From Bdellovibrionia bacterium (GTDB lineage: Bacteria > Bdellovibrionota > UBA1018), in NCBI GenBank assembly GCA_049424145.1, contig JBMSSC010000023.1, forward strand, positions 1 to 27,615: 27,615 nt of DNA. Reading direction: 5' to 3'. The notes below the pieces were generated by a model. It was given only the letters and a program-made list of their open reading frames with translations. It was not told the DNA's origin and did no database searches. Positions 26,470 through 27,615 of this stretch are shown here, piece after piece. Numbering within the stretch: the first letter of the stretch is position 1; every line of letters begins with the position of its first letter. The position numbers and the translations under genes are program-made.

Positions 26470-27615
26470 AGTTTGCGGCATCGCAGTGGCTTTGGGCCTT
26501 GCTTTTGATTCCTGTGTTTTATGGGATTCTTCGCGGGGATGAGTCCCGTAAAAAAAAGAGATTCGAGCAGTTTGCCCATCCTAAGCTTTGGTCATTTTTA
26601 GTCCCTGAGATGAATCCCGCTCTTCGCACCCGGAAGGTCATCTTTGGGCTTTTAGCCTTTGGGTTTGCCATCTTCGCTTTGGCACGACCCCAGTACGGTT
26701 TTCACCAGGAAAGTGTGAAGCTCACGGGCTTAGACGTGATGGTGGTCCTGGATGTCTCTCGAAGTATGGATGTGGAGGATGTGGTCCCCAGTCGTTTGAA
26801 GAAGGCCAAGCACTTGATCAAGAAGATTTTAGATCGACTTGACGGGGATCGGGTGGGGCTCGTTGGATTTGCTGGGAGTTCATTTTTAGCGTGTCCACTC
26901 ACGACGGATTTAGCCTACGTTTGGGATCGAGTTGAGATTTTAACTCCCCAGTCCGTCACTCCTCAGGGGACCGATCTGGGGGCTGGCTTAAGCGCTGCAA
27001 TCGGCGCTCTGGAGCGAGGAGCTGAGCAAGGCAAAGGCGCCACTGCCGAAGCGAAGACCTCGCGTGTTTTATTGCTCCTCTCGGATGGTGAGGACCATCA
27101 AGGAAGACTTCGGGAGTGGGCAGATCAATTGAAAGATTCGGGAATTAGTCTTTTTGTGGTGGGTGTGGGAACCGATGCGGGCGCTCCGATTCCAATCCAA
27201 GATGAAAATGGGAATCGAGTGGGCTATAAAAAAGATCGTAACTCTCAGCCGGTCATGAGTCAGTTTCACCCTGAGGCACTCAGGGATTTGGCCCAGCGTG
27301 TTGGGGGTCGGTACTGGACGATTACGCCTCAGGAGTCTGAAGCTGAGGAAATCCTCCATGAGCTCTCGGGACTCGTCCGAGGGGAGTTCTCGGAGCGGAA
27401 GATTGCAGTTTACGAGGAGCGATTTCAGATTCCCTTGTTTTTTGCGGTTCTTTTTCTTCTGTTGGAGCTTTGCGTGCCGGCTCGAAAGCTGCTGGTTTGG
27501 GTCGCGGTTTTTTTTCATGGACTGAGCTCCCTACAAGCCGCTGAGATGAAGCCCTTGCCCGGTTCTTTAGACTCTTATCTTTCGAATCAAAAAGGGATCG
27601 ACGCGTTTGAAAAAG
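26466..27615 (+). CDS. batB: BatB-like vWA membrane protein continuing into a probable TPR (BatC-like) region; cut by the right edge
   Basis: Not in the ORF track; translated by hand from the ATGA overlap at 26466: MKFAASQWLWALLLIP...ALARPQYG...LDVSRSM..EDVVPSRL..AK...GDRVGLVGFAG...PLTTD...QGTD...LLLSDGEDH...VGVGT..GAPIP...YEERFQIPL, two hydrophobic segments, then YLSNQKGIDAFEK. No stop before the end of the window. Confidence 0.92.
   Translation, partial: MKFAASQWLWALLLIPVFYGILRGDESRKKKRFEQFAHPKLWSFLVPEMNPALRTRKVIFGLLAFGFAIFALARPQYGFHQESVKLTGLDVMVVLDVSRSMDVEDVVPSRLKKAKHLIKKILDRLDGDRVGLVGFAGSSFLACPLTTDLAYVWDRVEILTPQSVTPQGTDLGAGLSAAIGALERGAEQGKGATAEAKTSRVLLLLSDGEDHQGRLREWADQLKDSGISLFVVGVGTDAGAPIPIQDENGNRVGYKKDRNSQPVMSQFHPEALRDLAQRVGGRYWTITPQESEAEEILHELSGLVRGEFSERKIAVYEERFQIPLFFAVLFLLLELCVPARKLLVWVAVFFHGLSSLQAAEMKPLPGSLDSYLSNQKGIDAFEK

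Noticed and set aside
26388..27525. Short ORF-track calls at the right end (26702..26902 -, 27069..27518 -, 27298..27525 +)
   Set aside because: All overlap the open-ended batB frame starting at 26466, which carries clear vWA motifs.
1..27615. Defence island, prophage, CRISPR array, retron/RT, transposase, tRNA or rRNA
   Set aside because: No supporting protein motifs, spaced direct-repeat arrays or cloverleaf/rRNA signatures seen; intergenic gaps are all under about 270 nt.

Overview
Bacterial chromosomal window of about 50% GC. Gene order and protein style suggest a deltaproteobacteria-like lineage, possibly Bdellovibrionota; this is inferred, not verified. Most of it is housekeeping DNA. 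The minus strand carries an RRM RNA-binding gene, then hemW-grpE-dnaK-dnaJ with no hrcA, running into a TPR lipoprotein cut by the left edge. The middle holds an M16 zinc peptidase, marC with a coupled secreted hypothetical, a conserved hypothetical, and a membrane-anchored cyclophilin divergent from a solitary tatC. The plus strand then carries rpsF-rpsR-DUF2232-rplI-dnaB, a small phasin-like ORF, a 1546-aa unrecognised lipoprotein and a Bat-type operon (moxR, DUF58, BatD/DUF4381-like, batA, batB fused to a probable TPR region and cut by the right edge). I saw no mobile element, CRISPR array, tRNA or rRNA. The best leads are: the giant lipoprotein with an internal duplication next to the MoxR/vWA operon; a candidate structured antisense sRNA after dnaB; structured leaders upstream of the RRM gene, rpsF and the 10973 hypothetical; sigma32-like promoters in place of HrcA/CIRCE; and a probably leaderless moxR. 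None of these is demonstrated to be a new system from sequence alone.
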